Positions 1-11,800 of a stretch of 48,447 nt of DNA are shown one piece after another. Within the stretch, counting starts at the first letter, position 1. The number at the start of each line of letters is the position of its first letter. The notes beneath the pieces were generated by a model. That model saw nothing but the letters and a program-made list of their open reading frames with translations. It was not told the origin of the DNA and did not search any database. Source of the stretch: Asterionella formosa (lineage: Eukaryota); the NCBI GenBank assembly GCA_002256025.1, contig NKIB01014012.1, positions 1 to 48,447 of the forward strand, given 5' to 3'. Position numbers and translations under genes: made by a program.

Positions 1-659
1 CTTCTACTCATGTCTATTGACTAACGAATGGTCAACGAAAAAGGGAGGGGGTCCAGAGCAAACATTCCAATCGGAGCGCGACTCTAAACAAATTGAGGTC
101 AGGTTCACAGAAATTCTAGACTACTTAGAACATATATTATGTACACCATGCGGTTCGGAAGTATGTAATAGTAGGAAGGGCTGTTAGCCGGATAATCATT
201 GGAGCTTGCGCTTCATGAAAGGCGGTGACCTAAAGTTTGGTTGCAACTATACATGAACAGAGGGAGCACCAGGGTACCAGTAACTGCATACAACGTGATA
301 TACCTAGTACCTGGTAATATCTGTTTCCTCGTGCCGAATCAGCATTTTGAGCCGCAACCATCATTCTTCATTTGGTTCGCTCATCATTACTTAGCATTTA
401 TTACCAGTATATAAGGAGTACTGTACCTGGTACCCTGGTACCTGGTACTTGCCAAGTGTGGACCACCATTACTTTATACCTACGCTGGTAACTTTTAAGT
501 GCCGGTATGCTTTATCATAACGGTGTTATGATTTGTATTTGCTAAAATGATTCACAGGATGACGGATTGAAATTCAGTGCAGTCGTTGTAGAATATTGCT
601 GGACTCTTTTGTTATTATCACTCCTCGCTCGTCTCATCATCGCCAACACCGTGACCGTC

Positions 660-2093
660 ATGTCATCAAGCAGCGAGCCACAAGCTGCATGTACTCCAAA
701 TGACGGCGTCTCGCTCGTTGCCAAATTTATTGGAGTGTACGAAGCATTTGTTCAAGAATGCAGTGAATCGGCACTCATGGAAGCCATTGTTGGCTCCTTG
801 CATCGCTCATTGACTGAACTGGGAGTACCTTCGCATCATCTACCAACATCTGTTGCAGTGTGCCGTGCATTGGCAGCTACTGGAGTTACACTCGTCGCCT
901 ACTACCTATTGTTTGGTGTCTTCCACGTGCGACGGCGCCAACGATTGGCACAAGAGCTACAATTGGCCCAACAACAGCTTCGCTATTTGCAAGAAAAGCT
1001 GCGTCGATCAGATGATGATTCCGTTCCTTCTAACAAGCAAGTTAGAATCTTTATGGATGGAGCCTTTGATCTGATGCATTATGGGCATATGAATGCCTTT
1101 AGACTTGGTCGTTCTCTTGGGACTCATTTGGTGGTTGGTGTCAATTCAGATGAGAGCATCATCCAGTGCAAGGGTCCTCCCCTGATGAGGGATCATGAAA
1201 GATTGACGATGGTAGAGTCTTGCAAGTTTGTTGATGAAGTCGTTCCAGGGTGTCCTTATATCATGAGTCGAGAGTACCTGGACTACGTCATTGAAAAGTA
1301 TAACATTGACTATGTCATTCATGGCGATGATCCTTGTATTGTAGATGGCAAGGACGTGTACGCAGCGGCGAAGGAGGCTGGAAAGTTTAGATCCATACCC
1401 AGAACCGAAGGCGTATCGACTACAGATATTGTTGGCCGCATGCTTTTGATGACGAAGGAACATCACTATCAAGGAGCAGATGATGCTTCCTATTTGCTCG
1501 GTCGACAGTCTAAGTTCCTGACCACGTCGCATATGCTGCGACTCTTTAGTGCCGGCATCAAGGCACCAAATAAGGGTATGAAAGTTGTTTACATGGATGG
1601 AGCATGGGACATGTTTCACTGTGGACACGCTGCCATATTGAAGGCTGCAAAGGACAGAGGTGACTATCTCATTGTTGGTATTCACGGTGATGCTGTTGTC
1701 AATAAGTTGCGCGGTCACAACTTGCCACTTATGAACCTTCATGAGCGAGTCTTGAGTGTACTAGGATGTCGATTTGTTGACGATGTCTTGATTGATGCGC
1801 CATACGAAGTATCCCCCGACATGGTGGCCTCGCTCAACATTACGGAAGTCGTGCACGGAACCCGAAGTGACGATATTGGCATTTCTCGTGACAATGAAGG
1901 CGAACGATATCGATACCCCAAAGCGGCAGGAATTCTCGCTGTTATTGATAGTCCAAGCGATTTCAATCTCGGACACATTGTGCAACGGATCTCAATTAAC
2001 CAGGAGACCTTCCAAGCCAAATTTGATCGAAAGATGAAAGCGGAACAAGACTACTACAATGGAAAGTATGGCAGAGCAAACAAGTCTCAGTGA
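660..2093 (+). CDS. PCYT2: Ethanolamine-phosphate cytidylyltransferase (CDP-ethanolamine Kennedy pathway), two CT domains, N-terminal membrane anchor
   Basis: Two HxGH motifs (FDLMHYGH, WDMFHCGH) and RTEGVSTT signature. The ORF-track start at 567 is TTG; the first in-frame ATG is 660. Hydrophobic segment LAATGVTLVAYYLLFGVFHV followed by RRRQR and a coiled coil. Confidence 0.93.
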   Translation: MSSSSEPQAACTPNDGVSLVAKFIGVYEAFVQECSESALMEAIVGSLHRSLTELGVPSHHLPTSVAVCRALAATGVTLVAYYLLFGVFHVRRRQRLAQELQLAQQQLRYLQEKLRRSDDDSVPSNKQVRIFMDGAFDLMHYGHMNAFRLGRSLGTHLVVGVNSDESIIQCKGPPLMRDHERLTMVESCKFVDEVVPGCPYIMSREYLDYVIEKYNIDYVIHGDDPCIVDGKDVYAAAKEAGKFRSIPRTEGVSTTDIVGRMLLMTKEHHYQGADDASYLLGRQSKFLTTSHMLRLFSAGIKAPNKGMKVVYMDGAWDMFHCGHAAILKAAKDRGDYLIVGIHGDAVVNKLRGHNLPLMNLHERVLSVLGCRFVDDVLIDAPYEVSPDMVASLNITEVVHGTRSDDIGISRDNEGERYRYPKAAGILAVIDSPSDFNLGHIVQRISINQETFQAKFDRKMKAEQDYYNGKYGRANKSQ

Positions 2094-2294
2094 AAGAATT
2101 CAACGTAGACTTTGTGACGCGACGCTTTCAAAATGGGATCTGATTACCAAGGCTTCCATTAAATTCTGAATCTAGAAAAGCTTCCTTACAACCTACATCA
2201 TAGTCACTCCCGTAACTAGAACCAATCCTGACAGTTCAATTACCAATCATACTTCCAGCAAAATGTACATAAATAGATCTTATCCACTTACTTA

Positions 2295-4336
2295 TTAATT
2301 TCGCTGATCGGAGGCATCTGGCCGTCCTTGCATTTGTTGCTTGTACCCATTCTGGTTCCCGTGTAAAGCTGTCATTGCTCGGTTGTGCATCGCCACATTC
2401 TGACTGGTAAAATCGCTGATCTTATGCATCTTGATGCGTTTTCGAGGTGGTCCACGTAGAAGATTTTTCGTTGTGTCCTTATCCGAATCGTCACTTGAGG
2501 ACACTTCTTCCTTGCCTTTGTCGGATCCTGAGTCTTCCAACGAGCTCTCTGCTGGATGAGATGTAGAACCAGACGAAATGTCTGTGGATGCAAGCTCACT
2601 CAAAGAGCTGCCTTTCGAGGGAGCTGTACGTTTGTTAGGGTGCTTCCTGTTGTCTTCCTCCTTGTCCTTCTGGCTAATGGCTTCCATATAGCCCTCTCGG
2701 AGTGAACTGAGAAATCCCATTAGCATAGTACCAGCATCCTCGTCTTCCTTTGTCCTTCCCTCCCGAGTTGGTGACTCTGGGTGTTTACCTGTTCTGGGCT
2801 TTGCATCGACAACTGGCAGTGAAGGCGTCACTAGATGTGTATTCCATGCTCCAGCACTTGGAAGAATAGTGGAATGAACGGCTTCTCCGATAGGGGTAGA
2901 CCTAACATTAATTTGTAGAACGTGTGGAGGAGGTGCCATTGTGGATGGCGCAGGTAGAGGGGGAGCAGCTTCTGGAACAGTAACGACTTGAGAAGAAAAC
3001 ACTTGCATTTGGGCTTGGTATGCCTTTTGTAGTTGCTGCTGATGCTGCTGAAAATTAGCAGCAGCTAACTGTGATAGAGCGGGCTGCAATGCTGCTGCTG
3101 CTTGAGCCCATGCCCATGATGTTATGGCGTCGTTGGCAGCACTGCTCATCATACTAGTAGGATTCTGAGAAAAACTATAATAAAACGAAAGGCAATGGCC
3201 AAGTGTTAGATAATTGGCGTTTGCATTTATTGGAACGCAGTGAGATAAAATTGACTTACGGCACGCTAGAAACTGGTTGCGAAGGATTTCCTGTATGGGA
3301 AGCGGGGTTAGCCGAAGTTTGCATCTGAGGGGGTGCAAATGAAAATTGTATTGGGGCATGGGGAAGTGGAATAGTCCATACTTGTGAAGCTGCAGGCTGC
3401 GGTTGAGGGAAATTCGGAACAAGTGGTGCGACCCCAGGTTGCACGGCAGTAATCCAGTTTGGAATCGGAGGCGCAATCGGTGGCGAGCTGAATAACATGC
3501 CACTAACAGGAGGTACAACAGTGGACACGGGAGGTGCCGTGATACTGTTTGGAGGAGGAACTCCACTTTGGCCATGCTCCGCACGAAGGCGAAACCGATG
3601 TTCCAAGTGGCTTAGTTCGTGTTTAGACATCTCAATTTCTGCAGCAGTAGCCTGTGATTTGTCGCACAGATGATAGACACGTTTTCCAAGGCAAGACGCA
3701 CCAGCGAATTTCTTTGTAATTCGCATTGGATCACAATTGAGCTTTTCAGCAAGGTATGAACGTAGCGTGGTTCCCTCTGGCAGCGTCAGTACTCCCGTGG
3801 TGAAGTGATGTATTATCCTTGTCGTGTATTCTTCCTCTTCGACCTGTTGGGAGTTTTTGAGAAAGTATGTTAGAGTGTCCGCGAATTGATGCACAAACAT
3901 GGAACCATTTTGTACGTCAGAGACATACCGTCCATTTCCCCTTTCGCAGATTAGTTCTGACTTTTTTCGGTTTTACTTCTTTCTTTGTAGCCCCTGTATT
4001 GTTGTCAGCCTGGCTCACACATGCGGCCGGTGGTGGACATGATGGTACCTGTATTAATCGAGGCATGATCAATGCAGTCGTCGAAGCAGCACTCTGATCT
4101 GTAGGCTGTGCTGCTGTACTCCCTTGGAAAGCCTCAACTCTATGAATCCTTTGAGTGGTTGACATCAACAATTCTGGTTTACATTGAATAAAATTTGGGT
4201 GGACTTGAGGGCAGCGATGACTGTTCTGCTGGGAAGTGTTGCACGAATCATTCGGTGTCCCTCGCTCGCTACGATAACTTGCGAAAGGATTTGCGCAGTT
4301 CTTTGGGGAATCGTCGTTTTCTCCTAATGCAGTCAT
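2295..4336 (-). CDS. Stramenopile Myb-like domain protein (putative transcription factor), 3 exons
   Basis: Exons about 4336-3929, 3843-3260, 3174-2295; introns 3928-3844 (GTATGT..CAG) and 3259-3175 (GTAAGT..CTAAC..TAG), both 85 nt. Splicing gives LRKGKWT|VEEEEYTTRIIHHFTTGVLTLPEGTTLRSYLAEKLNCDPMRITKKF, a recurrent diatom/oomycete domain, followed by P/Q/S-rich low-complexity sequence. Start codon uncertain. Confidence 0.8.
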
Positions 4337-4475
4337 GCTGATGGCGCCTGGGGACAATTGTCGCGGTAATGATCTTGTTTTCCTGTTCGGTTTGTTGCAG
4401 TTACCAAATGATTTATAATAAGCAATCAACGGTGGATGTGCATGTCAGCAAAAGAATCAACATTTCGTGCGCTAA

Positions 4476-4893
4476 TACGTAATTACATTTATAGAAAAGG
4501 AACGCACGTCCACATCGAGAGGTGTGATTCTTAGCCGTAAATGAGAACGCATGATGTCACCATAATTAATATAGCCAATCAACATTCGAGAAAAATCGAA
4601 GTCAAGTGACGTAATTATGGTGAAAGCCAACTCACTTCCTATTACAACATTTTGATTGGATATTCAAATGGTTAGTTGAAGCGCACTTCAAACGACTACT
4701 GGCTTGTCCTAGCATTGTATATATTTAGAAGTCAAAATACCAACACAGGCGCACCTTCTGCTGCAACCTGATGCGAATTAGAGTACCAGGGTACCCTAGT
4801 TAATGAACCCATGATCCGAATTATCCACGTCAATATGAAAATTATAGCTAGGCCAATCAAATCTGCGTATTACTTGATTGTTAGTGTACGTCA
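4476..4893. promoter_or_regulatory. Cluster of ACGT-core bZIP sites and CCAAT boxes upstream of the Myb-like gene
   Basis: TGACGT at 4607-4612 (+), ACGTCA at 4827-4832 and 4888-4893, TACGTA 4476-4481, CACGTC 4505-4510; CCAAT 4575 and 4853, ATTGG 4655. Confidence 0.4.
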
Positions 4894-5669
4894 GAGAACC
4901 AAGGCTGACATGGAACAGACCAAGCAATCTGCCTGCTGCTCGTTTCAAACTCCTCACTGCTTGTTTGCCAAGTACACAACGTTAACACCGGTACATAAAC
5001 AAAACAGTGGCAGAACGAAGGCATAAACCGGTACCAGGTAGTATTGCGGAATACGATTACGGACCAGGTACCCGGGTACTTGGGCCAATACTAGCTACCG
5101 GTAACCGTGAACCAAAACCGTAAGCCCAAAAATCAAAAATATAATTTTCGTTTGGTTTTGGTTTCGGTTCAATCACCAGTCGGAAAAACCATGCTAACGG
5201 TTTTGGGTAAAACGTAAACACTGTCAGCCACCCATTGACTGTGATGTCGGAGAACAAAAAGATTATTAAAAAAACTACAAAAATAATTCAGACCGTGGTT
5301 ACAGATGAAATGGTATAATTCCAATTCAGGAATTAGTTAGTTTTTACTGCAATTGAGGACTCATCATGGTCAACAATTAAAAATGTGCCTGTGACTGGAG
5401 GTAACAACGTAATGACCATGATGATACAATGATTCCAAACAGATATACAATGAGATATATGTCAATCATTGTTTTCGGGTCTAATCCCTTGTAGAAGATG
5501 ATATACCATAGAATGGTGCAGATGTGTGAATAAGGCGCATTTGAATGTAACAACGAGGCAGAGCGATATTGTCTGTGGAGTCGAGCCCCATTGTGGTTCT
5601 ATCCGATTTTAGTCTACCTGCTATATCTACTATTGGTAGACAATCATGTTCAACACATGCATGTGCTTA

Positions 5670-5840
5670 CTTGCTGGGCGCGCTTCAATATCATTTGCTT
5701 CATTATGATGAGAATGATGGAGAAAGAAAACTATTCGTCCAAATGATTGTTTACTATGCAATTTTCATGCCAGTTAAGTCTGTCAGAATCAAATTGATTC
5801 GGTTTACATGCCTTATTTGCATAGAAATTCTAACAAGTAG
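5670..5840 (+). pseudogene. Harbinger-type (DDE_Tnp_4-like) transposase C-terminal remnant
   Basis: YDENDGERKLFVQMIV, a frameshift at about 5750, then LLCNFHAS*VCQNQIDSVYMPYL. Resembles the stramenopile Harbinger C-terminal pattern YEExGERR...LLYNxRARxVGxNQIxxxYMPxL (recalled, not searched). Confidence 0.65.
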
Positions 5841-5849
5841 CTAGTATGC

Positions 5850-6291
5850 ATTCTAAGTTTTAGATTCACTTTATTTATTGAAACTAATTCATCTTCATTA
5901 GTCCTACTTTCATTTTCACCATCATTGGTGGTTGTTGGAGGTGCCCCACAGTTCAACATGGATGACATGATCAACATCATCATCATGTTCTGTTGCTGTT
6001 GAATTTGCTGTTGTTGTGGTTGTTGTGGCCAGTTGTGTTTATTACTAGATTTGCTAAACTATGCATAGGGACAACATTAAAAAATTAAATCGATTTGTTA
6101 TATAGAAATCAAACCGAATATATGCTAAGTTTTTGAAACAATACATGTAGGTGGATTGAAGTAGAATTACTATAGGCCAATATCATCTTGGTGTGTGCAT
6201 GTGCATATTGAATCAACATCATAATCATCATCAGGATAGGTTCCGGTGTCATGTGGTAAAAGGAAAGAGGAAGGCACTCTCTCAGGCAGTT

Positions 6292-6360
<69 letters not shown>

Positions 6361-6935
6361 CCTGCCCGCTTTTGAAGTTACTTTGTGTCGAAACTAGAGC
6401 CAATCATGTTGTGTCTAGATTGTTCAACACAGGTTTATCCCTAAGCTGGGGGATATCATAGGTCGAGAAAATCTTGCACCAGCTGATCTTGCAGAAGTTG
6501 CTCCAGAAAAAACAGTAGGAGTAGCTCTGATGGAATCAGAAGAAAATGCAGTACAAGTTTCTGAAGTATTTGCCACTTCATCATAGGCTTGACTGTACCA
6601 TGAATTCATCATCAACATTTTTGTCATCTTCTATTTCAAAGTCTGTAGAATCAACTTCACCACTAGCATCTCCACTTTTCTCTATTTTTCGGAATACTTG
6701 CTTAGCATATCAGACCTTGGCAGGACATGTTGGGTCACCAGTTGGTTTTTTCACTTTCTGTAATAGTTGTAAAATGTTTGCTGAATTGAAGCAAGTTCCT
6801 GTTCATTCCTTGTCTGGAAAAATTTCTTTTTGTTAGGATGCTACACATTCCCACTCATGTGATCCAATTGGTAGATGAGGCAGAACACTGTCCAACAATA
6901 ACATGATCTCATCGATCCCAAATTGCTGGTTTACC
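5850..6935 (-). pseudogene. DUF6818-like (Myb/SANT-like) pseudogene
   Basis: One frame reads QFGIDEIMLLLDSVLPHLPIGSHEWECVAS*QKEIFPDKE*TG...KVKKPTGDPTCPAKV*YAKQVFRKIE (LPxG..W and PTGDPxCP motifs; PTGDP at 6745-6731), followed by an acidic and Q/M-rich tail. Three in-frame stops within the domain. Confidence 0.7.
6293..6360. repeat. (TTG)n / (CAA)n microsatellite, about 22 units
   Basis: Perfect trinucleotide run inside the DUF6818-like pseudogene. Confidence 0.98.
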
Positions 6936-7220
6936 AATATATATATCATATACCGGTTAGCTCCCCTTAAAGTTCTAGCTATTTTTATTTCATACTGCAT
7001 ACTGACGGTAAAATCATGTTAGTATAAACCATTTAACGTACGGTACCTGTTACCAGGTAACGCCACCATTATATTGTTAGCATGAAGAATATGGCCCCTC
7101 GTTCGTAATCACGATGTGCGTGCATTACATGTTATATCGCTCTACAGCCATAGAGCTAGCTGATTATGATCCAAAGGGACGACTTTTGATTCTCATCCAT
7201 ATTAGATATATGTATCTAAT

Positions 7221-8210
7221 ATGGGTCCTACCAGAAATCAAGATGACAATGAGCACGTGGAAGTGGAAGGGGAAGGCACAAAGGGAAGACAGGAGGATCA
7301 TGACTGTACTTCTTATTGCACCAAAGGTAAACCAAAATCGCAAAGTATCTCCATTGGTACTAACGGTAGCATGAAACGACCGCCACCGATTGTACAGCCA
7401 TCGGAAATTTCACAAACGAAACAAGAACAACGTTCGCACCCTGCATCATACATCAGTGAGACACAACAAAATATATTGCAGTGGACACGTAGATGCTACA
7501 TTGCCACCCGATCCGAGGAAGAAATGATTCAATTTGTGATTCTATATGGCAAACGTGAGCGTGGTATGATGCGGACACAGCACCGCAAGCGCATCCACTT
7601 TATACAACGAAAGTGTGCTCAGCATGGTATGCAACTCCTAACGGCTCTGTCGCTGCGACGGCATTACATGAAGTGTTTGAATCCTAACCTAAACCACGAA
7701 CTACTTGGATTAGGAACAATCAAGCAGATTCGTCATGCTGCCGAGATCTTCGAACAAGCAATTCAAGGCTATCTCGAATTACACAATATTCAGTTTGAAG
7801 ACGAGAGGGCTCAAAAAGAGCGATGTCTCAGATCCAATCAGGCATTAATTGCTACACCAGACTTTTTATTTTGTCAACCCTTGAATCTTCAAGTGAATGT
7901 GCCAAACGGTGGTGGCATAGTGACGAGAACAATTCACTGGCTTGAAGTGAAAATGTTTTATGGTGCTGATACAATAGAACCGGATGGAAAATCGGCGGTT
8001 GGCAGTATTCTCCCCAAATCTCAAACGTATTGCAAATTGTTTGGGCCTGGAGCTATAGTCTTTCTGCAAGGATGTGGTGAGAGACTGGCTCGAGCTTTGA
8101 GCCAAATTGGAGTCATGGCATTGGATCCGGATCCACAAGTTGACCTGGAACCACTTTGGGCTCAAATGAGGACGTGGTGCGCCGATGCCGATGGGAACAT
8201 ACTGCCGTAA
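7221..8210 (+). CDS. CDIN1 (C15orf41)-like TPD-motif PD-(D/E)xK nuclease-fold protein
   Basis: ATPDFLF ... IHWLEVKMFYG ... YCKLFGPGAIVF parallels CDIN1 KTPDF..IHWIESKASFG..YWNRFGPGLVIY. Single 329-aa ORF. Confidence 0.75.
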   Translation: MGPTRNQDDNEHVEVEGEGTKGRQEDHDCTSYCTKGKPKSQSISIGTNGSMKRPPPIVQPSEISQTKQEQRSHPASYISETQQNILQWTRRCYIATRSEEEMIQFVILYGKRERGMMRTQHRKRIHFIQRKCAQHGMQLLTALSLRRHYMKCLNPNLNHELLGLGTIKQIRHAAEIFEQAIQGYLELHNIQFEDERAQKERCLRSNQALIATPDFLFCQPLNLQVNVPNGGGIVTRTIHWLEVKMFYGADTIEPDGKSAVGSILPKSQTYCKLFGPGAIVFLQGCGERLARALSQIGVMALDPDPQVDLEPLWAQMRTWCADADGNILP

Positions 8211-8884
8211 TGGGTCGATATTAAGGACCTGCAAGAAACAGGTTTGTTGCACACAAAATCATCAACCCTACACACCTAAAACATTAGATGGAAACAATGT
8301 AGGTGCTGGACTCTTTTATTGTAAATACGTACAAGATACCTGTAGCAGAATAGCGGTACTGGTACCGGGTACCTATGGCTTGTACTCGGGCTCAGTGCAA
8401 AAGACGCTACGCACAGCTCATAGTACCTGGTACGGTAGTCTTAAATATTTATGGTTGAAGAATAAAAAACATAGACATGTCTGCCGGTATGCAAATGTGT
8501 ACGGTAGGATATAGTGTCAGCACGTCAATTTTTTGGCGCGCCAAAATATGACCGCAAACTTGCTCTACAAATACCGGTATGTGAGGATTCGACACAGCCA
8601 AAAATGAATAAGAAAACCGGTACGCATGATGTACATAGAATTGAAATGAAATGCCTCATTGCAGCTATACCTGTTAGGTACCCCTGGTACCTGGTAAATT
8701 ATAAGATATTTCTGGTATCAGCATACCGGTACCGGAATGCACAATCGGGAAGCTGCAATTTTCATCTCGACAAGAACAAATACTCCAGTGTGTGACAAAC
8801 AATTCAATAGACTACCGGTAGTTTGGCCCAATCTAGTATATTTTAGTCCAGTGAAGCGAACAAATACAGAAGGAGCGAAGCAAC

Positions 8885-11800
8885 ATGGGAGACTACTTCG
8901 ACGAAGATGACCTTATCAATGATTGCATGGAGGAAGTGGAAGGCCCTCCTGAAGATGACGACATCTATTTCATGGGTGAACAAGAAGAGCAATGCTTAGA
9001 TGAAGTCGAACGGCCAAGGACAGGAATGGCACAGCCTCAAGAGGACGACGTCGTCATGTCCCTACCGGAAGTTCCTTCCAACAGTATCGCCACAGCTAGG
9101 CGACCTTTGACAGATGTTTATACCTTTGAACGGTACGTTGCATTGGATTCCATGACTGACATTGACTGTTTTCGTGACTTGGGATACTACGCCTCTGGGC
9201 ATGTTTGCTTGTGTTTATTGCTCATCCACGCGCTGTCTTCCTTCTCTCCAGCTACGGTGGAAGCATCAAAATGGAATGGCGAAAGAAACAGAAACTAACG
9301 AATGACGACGACACCTTCGCCGCCACGAAGTGGAAAAGCCACGGTACGGAAGTCATCGCACAGCCCTCAACTGCAGCGCGAAGGAAAAAGCCAACGGAGC
9401 TGGTGGATTTTTGGAATCATGCTTGGACAGCGCAGAAGGAAATACAGATTGTCCCAAACAGCTCGTCGGTCAGTTTGGTTCCAACCAAAGGCAGCGAGTC
9501 CATTACGTTGCAAGAAGGGACACGAATTCATGTACGACCTATCGACGATGACGCAATATCACGAAGCCCACTACATCAGGGAGGAAACATACTTGGGATT
9601 AGCATGACTGCGCTCATGGCCAAGTCGGATGAGATCTTGCGCAAGGCGGATCGATCCAATAGCCTTCGGAAGGTCCACTCGGATGACAAAGGAGAGAATG
9701 TTGCACCGACGAATTGTCGGACGAAAGCGGTCGAGCAACAACTGTGGGTGGATAAACATGCACCAAACGCCTTTTCACACTTATTGTCGGATGAACGAAC
9801 CAACCGAGAAGTTCTTCGAGCTATACGAGCATGGGATCCGTACGTCTTCCACAAGAATGCTCCGAAGCGAGTTGCAAAGTCAAAGGACCCACTCACGTCT
9901 GCGCAAGGTGACAGCAAACACGACAATCGACCCGATCAACGCAATCGCGTTCTTCTTCTCTCTGGCCCACCCGGTGTGGGAAAGACAACTTTAGCTCACA
10001 TTATTGCCCGTCACGCGGGGTACCGACCACTGGAAGTCAACGCGTCTGACGAGCGATCGGCGTCAATACTAAAAGAGCGAGTCGTTCGTGCCATGGAATC
10101 TTCCACTCTGAATCTGCCCCGCAAGGACGGAGAAACCGACGAATTAGCGGGACGACCAAATTGTCTGATTTTAGACGAGATTGATGGGGCAGACGCAAAG
10201 GCCTCGATTGCTGCGCTGGTCGAAATCATTCGAGCGGAACTTCCAATCAAGCAATCCAAAAAGAGCAGTGTCTATTTGCGTCGACCCATTATATTTATTT
10301 GTAACCACAAGTACGCTTCCGCTTTGCGACCGTTGCTTCCTTACGCTATACAGTTTGACGTTACGTCGCCATCAGAACATCGCCTTGTGGCACGCCTTCG
10401 GGCGGTATTGGCCGAGGAACGCCTCTCTATCTTTGCAGGATCTTCAATGTTACACCAACTGGTGACCGGAACAGGAGGCGACATTCGGTCTTGCCTCTAC
10501 ACGCTGCAGTTTGCTTCTGCGAGGGCCCGTGAGTTGGCGGCTAGGACGACGGAGAGCATCGTCGATATTTCGTCGACCCTCAAGAGTGCTCTGAAGGGAG
10601 ATGGGATGAAGGATACCAGAAACGACGTGGCGGGAACTATCTCTATGATCTTTCGAAAGGTAAAGGGAAAGCAAGGTGCCCCAAGACCTGAAACGATGAC
10701 TAATGTCCTTCGAATGGTGGAGGTAAGTTTTGTACTTTCAGGATAAGAACTTTGTAATTTTGATTATGCAAGATTTACACTAACTATTATTCTATACAGG
10801 GGTTCGGTGAGAATTCGAAAACCATAGATTGCCTATTTACAAATCTCAATCAGATTTCGTTCGTCGATCCAACTCTGGATCGCAGCGTCGTCGCCCACGA
10901 GTGGCTATCAGGAGCTGATATTTATCGCTCACAAAAGATTTCAGTTGCGTCTCTCAACCACGCGGAACATAATGCTATGCAGCGCTACCACCTTCCATCA
11001 ACAGCAGCTGCCATTCACTTGCTCTGTCGTGTCGAGACTCGAGTGGGATTGACTTTCTCCAATAAGGCTATGTTTGAAAACTTCTATAACCGGGAAGCTA
11101 ATTCTAGCCTTGTCAACAAGTTTGTTGAAGGACTTTCACCAATGGCAAGATCAAATCTTAGTTCTGAAAATGCAGCGTCCGAAATAATTCCATATGCACT
11201 CTGGCTGCTTGCTGCAGGAACCACTAGCAGCTCATTCTTTCGACCAGTTTCTTCCATTGCCATTTTGAATCGTGAGGAGCGATTAGCTTTTGCCTCCCAT
11301 GTGACGACTCTCCGGGCATTCGGTATCACCTATGTTGCAGAATCTAATCCAGACAGCCTTATCCCGGACGCCATCAGTGTGGAAATGAGGATGGAACCAG
11401 CCATTGATTCTCTTTCGAAGTATAGCGGCTTAAAGGTTCCAGAGGACCAGAAACGACGAAAGGTTCCTTCTATCATGAAGGAGCTCCTTGCTCATTATGC
11501 GCATTTGGAAGGCATGCTTGTTCGAGAACAGAAGTCACCAGAAAAGGCACGTAGTGCTATTATCAGGTCACCACCACCAAAGGACACGAGACAGCCGTCA
11601 CTATTTTCCTCTGCAGCAAAGGTAATGAAGCGTGCAACAAGCGCAGATAAACCTCCCTCTCTCCAAAATAATCAAAAAGTATTGTCACAGCCACCAGCAA
11701 GTGCAGCGAAGAACTTTTTAGTACTGGGTGCCACCAAGGCAAAGACGGCGAAGTCAAAACGTAAGGCGGCCATTGTCGGCTTTGATCGATCCAAAAGGTT

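Larger units (their letters stand above)
5100..7020. mobile_element. Degenerate PIF/Harbinger DNA transposon (convergent transposase and Myb/SANT-like partner pseudogenes)
   Basis: AT-rich insert with a transposase C-terminal remnant on + and a DUF6818-like pseudogene on -. AAACCG/CGGTTT-rich imperfect palindrome at 5105-5220. Exact termini and TSD not identified. Confidence 0.65.

Noticed and set aside
3175..3584. Overlapping dual-frame coding in the Myb-like gene (ORFs 2295-3584 and 3256-3900)
   Set aside because: Fully explained by intron 3259-3175; no frameshifting is needed.
6193..6461. Poly-Val and poly-Cys ORFs (metallothionein-like)
   Set aside because: These are translation artefacts of the (TTG)n microsatellite.
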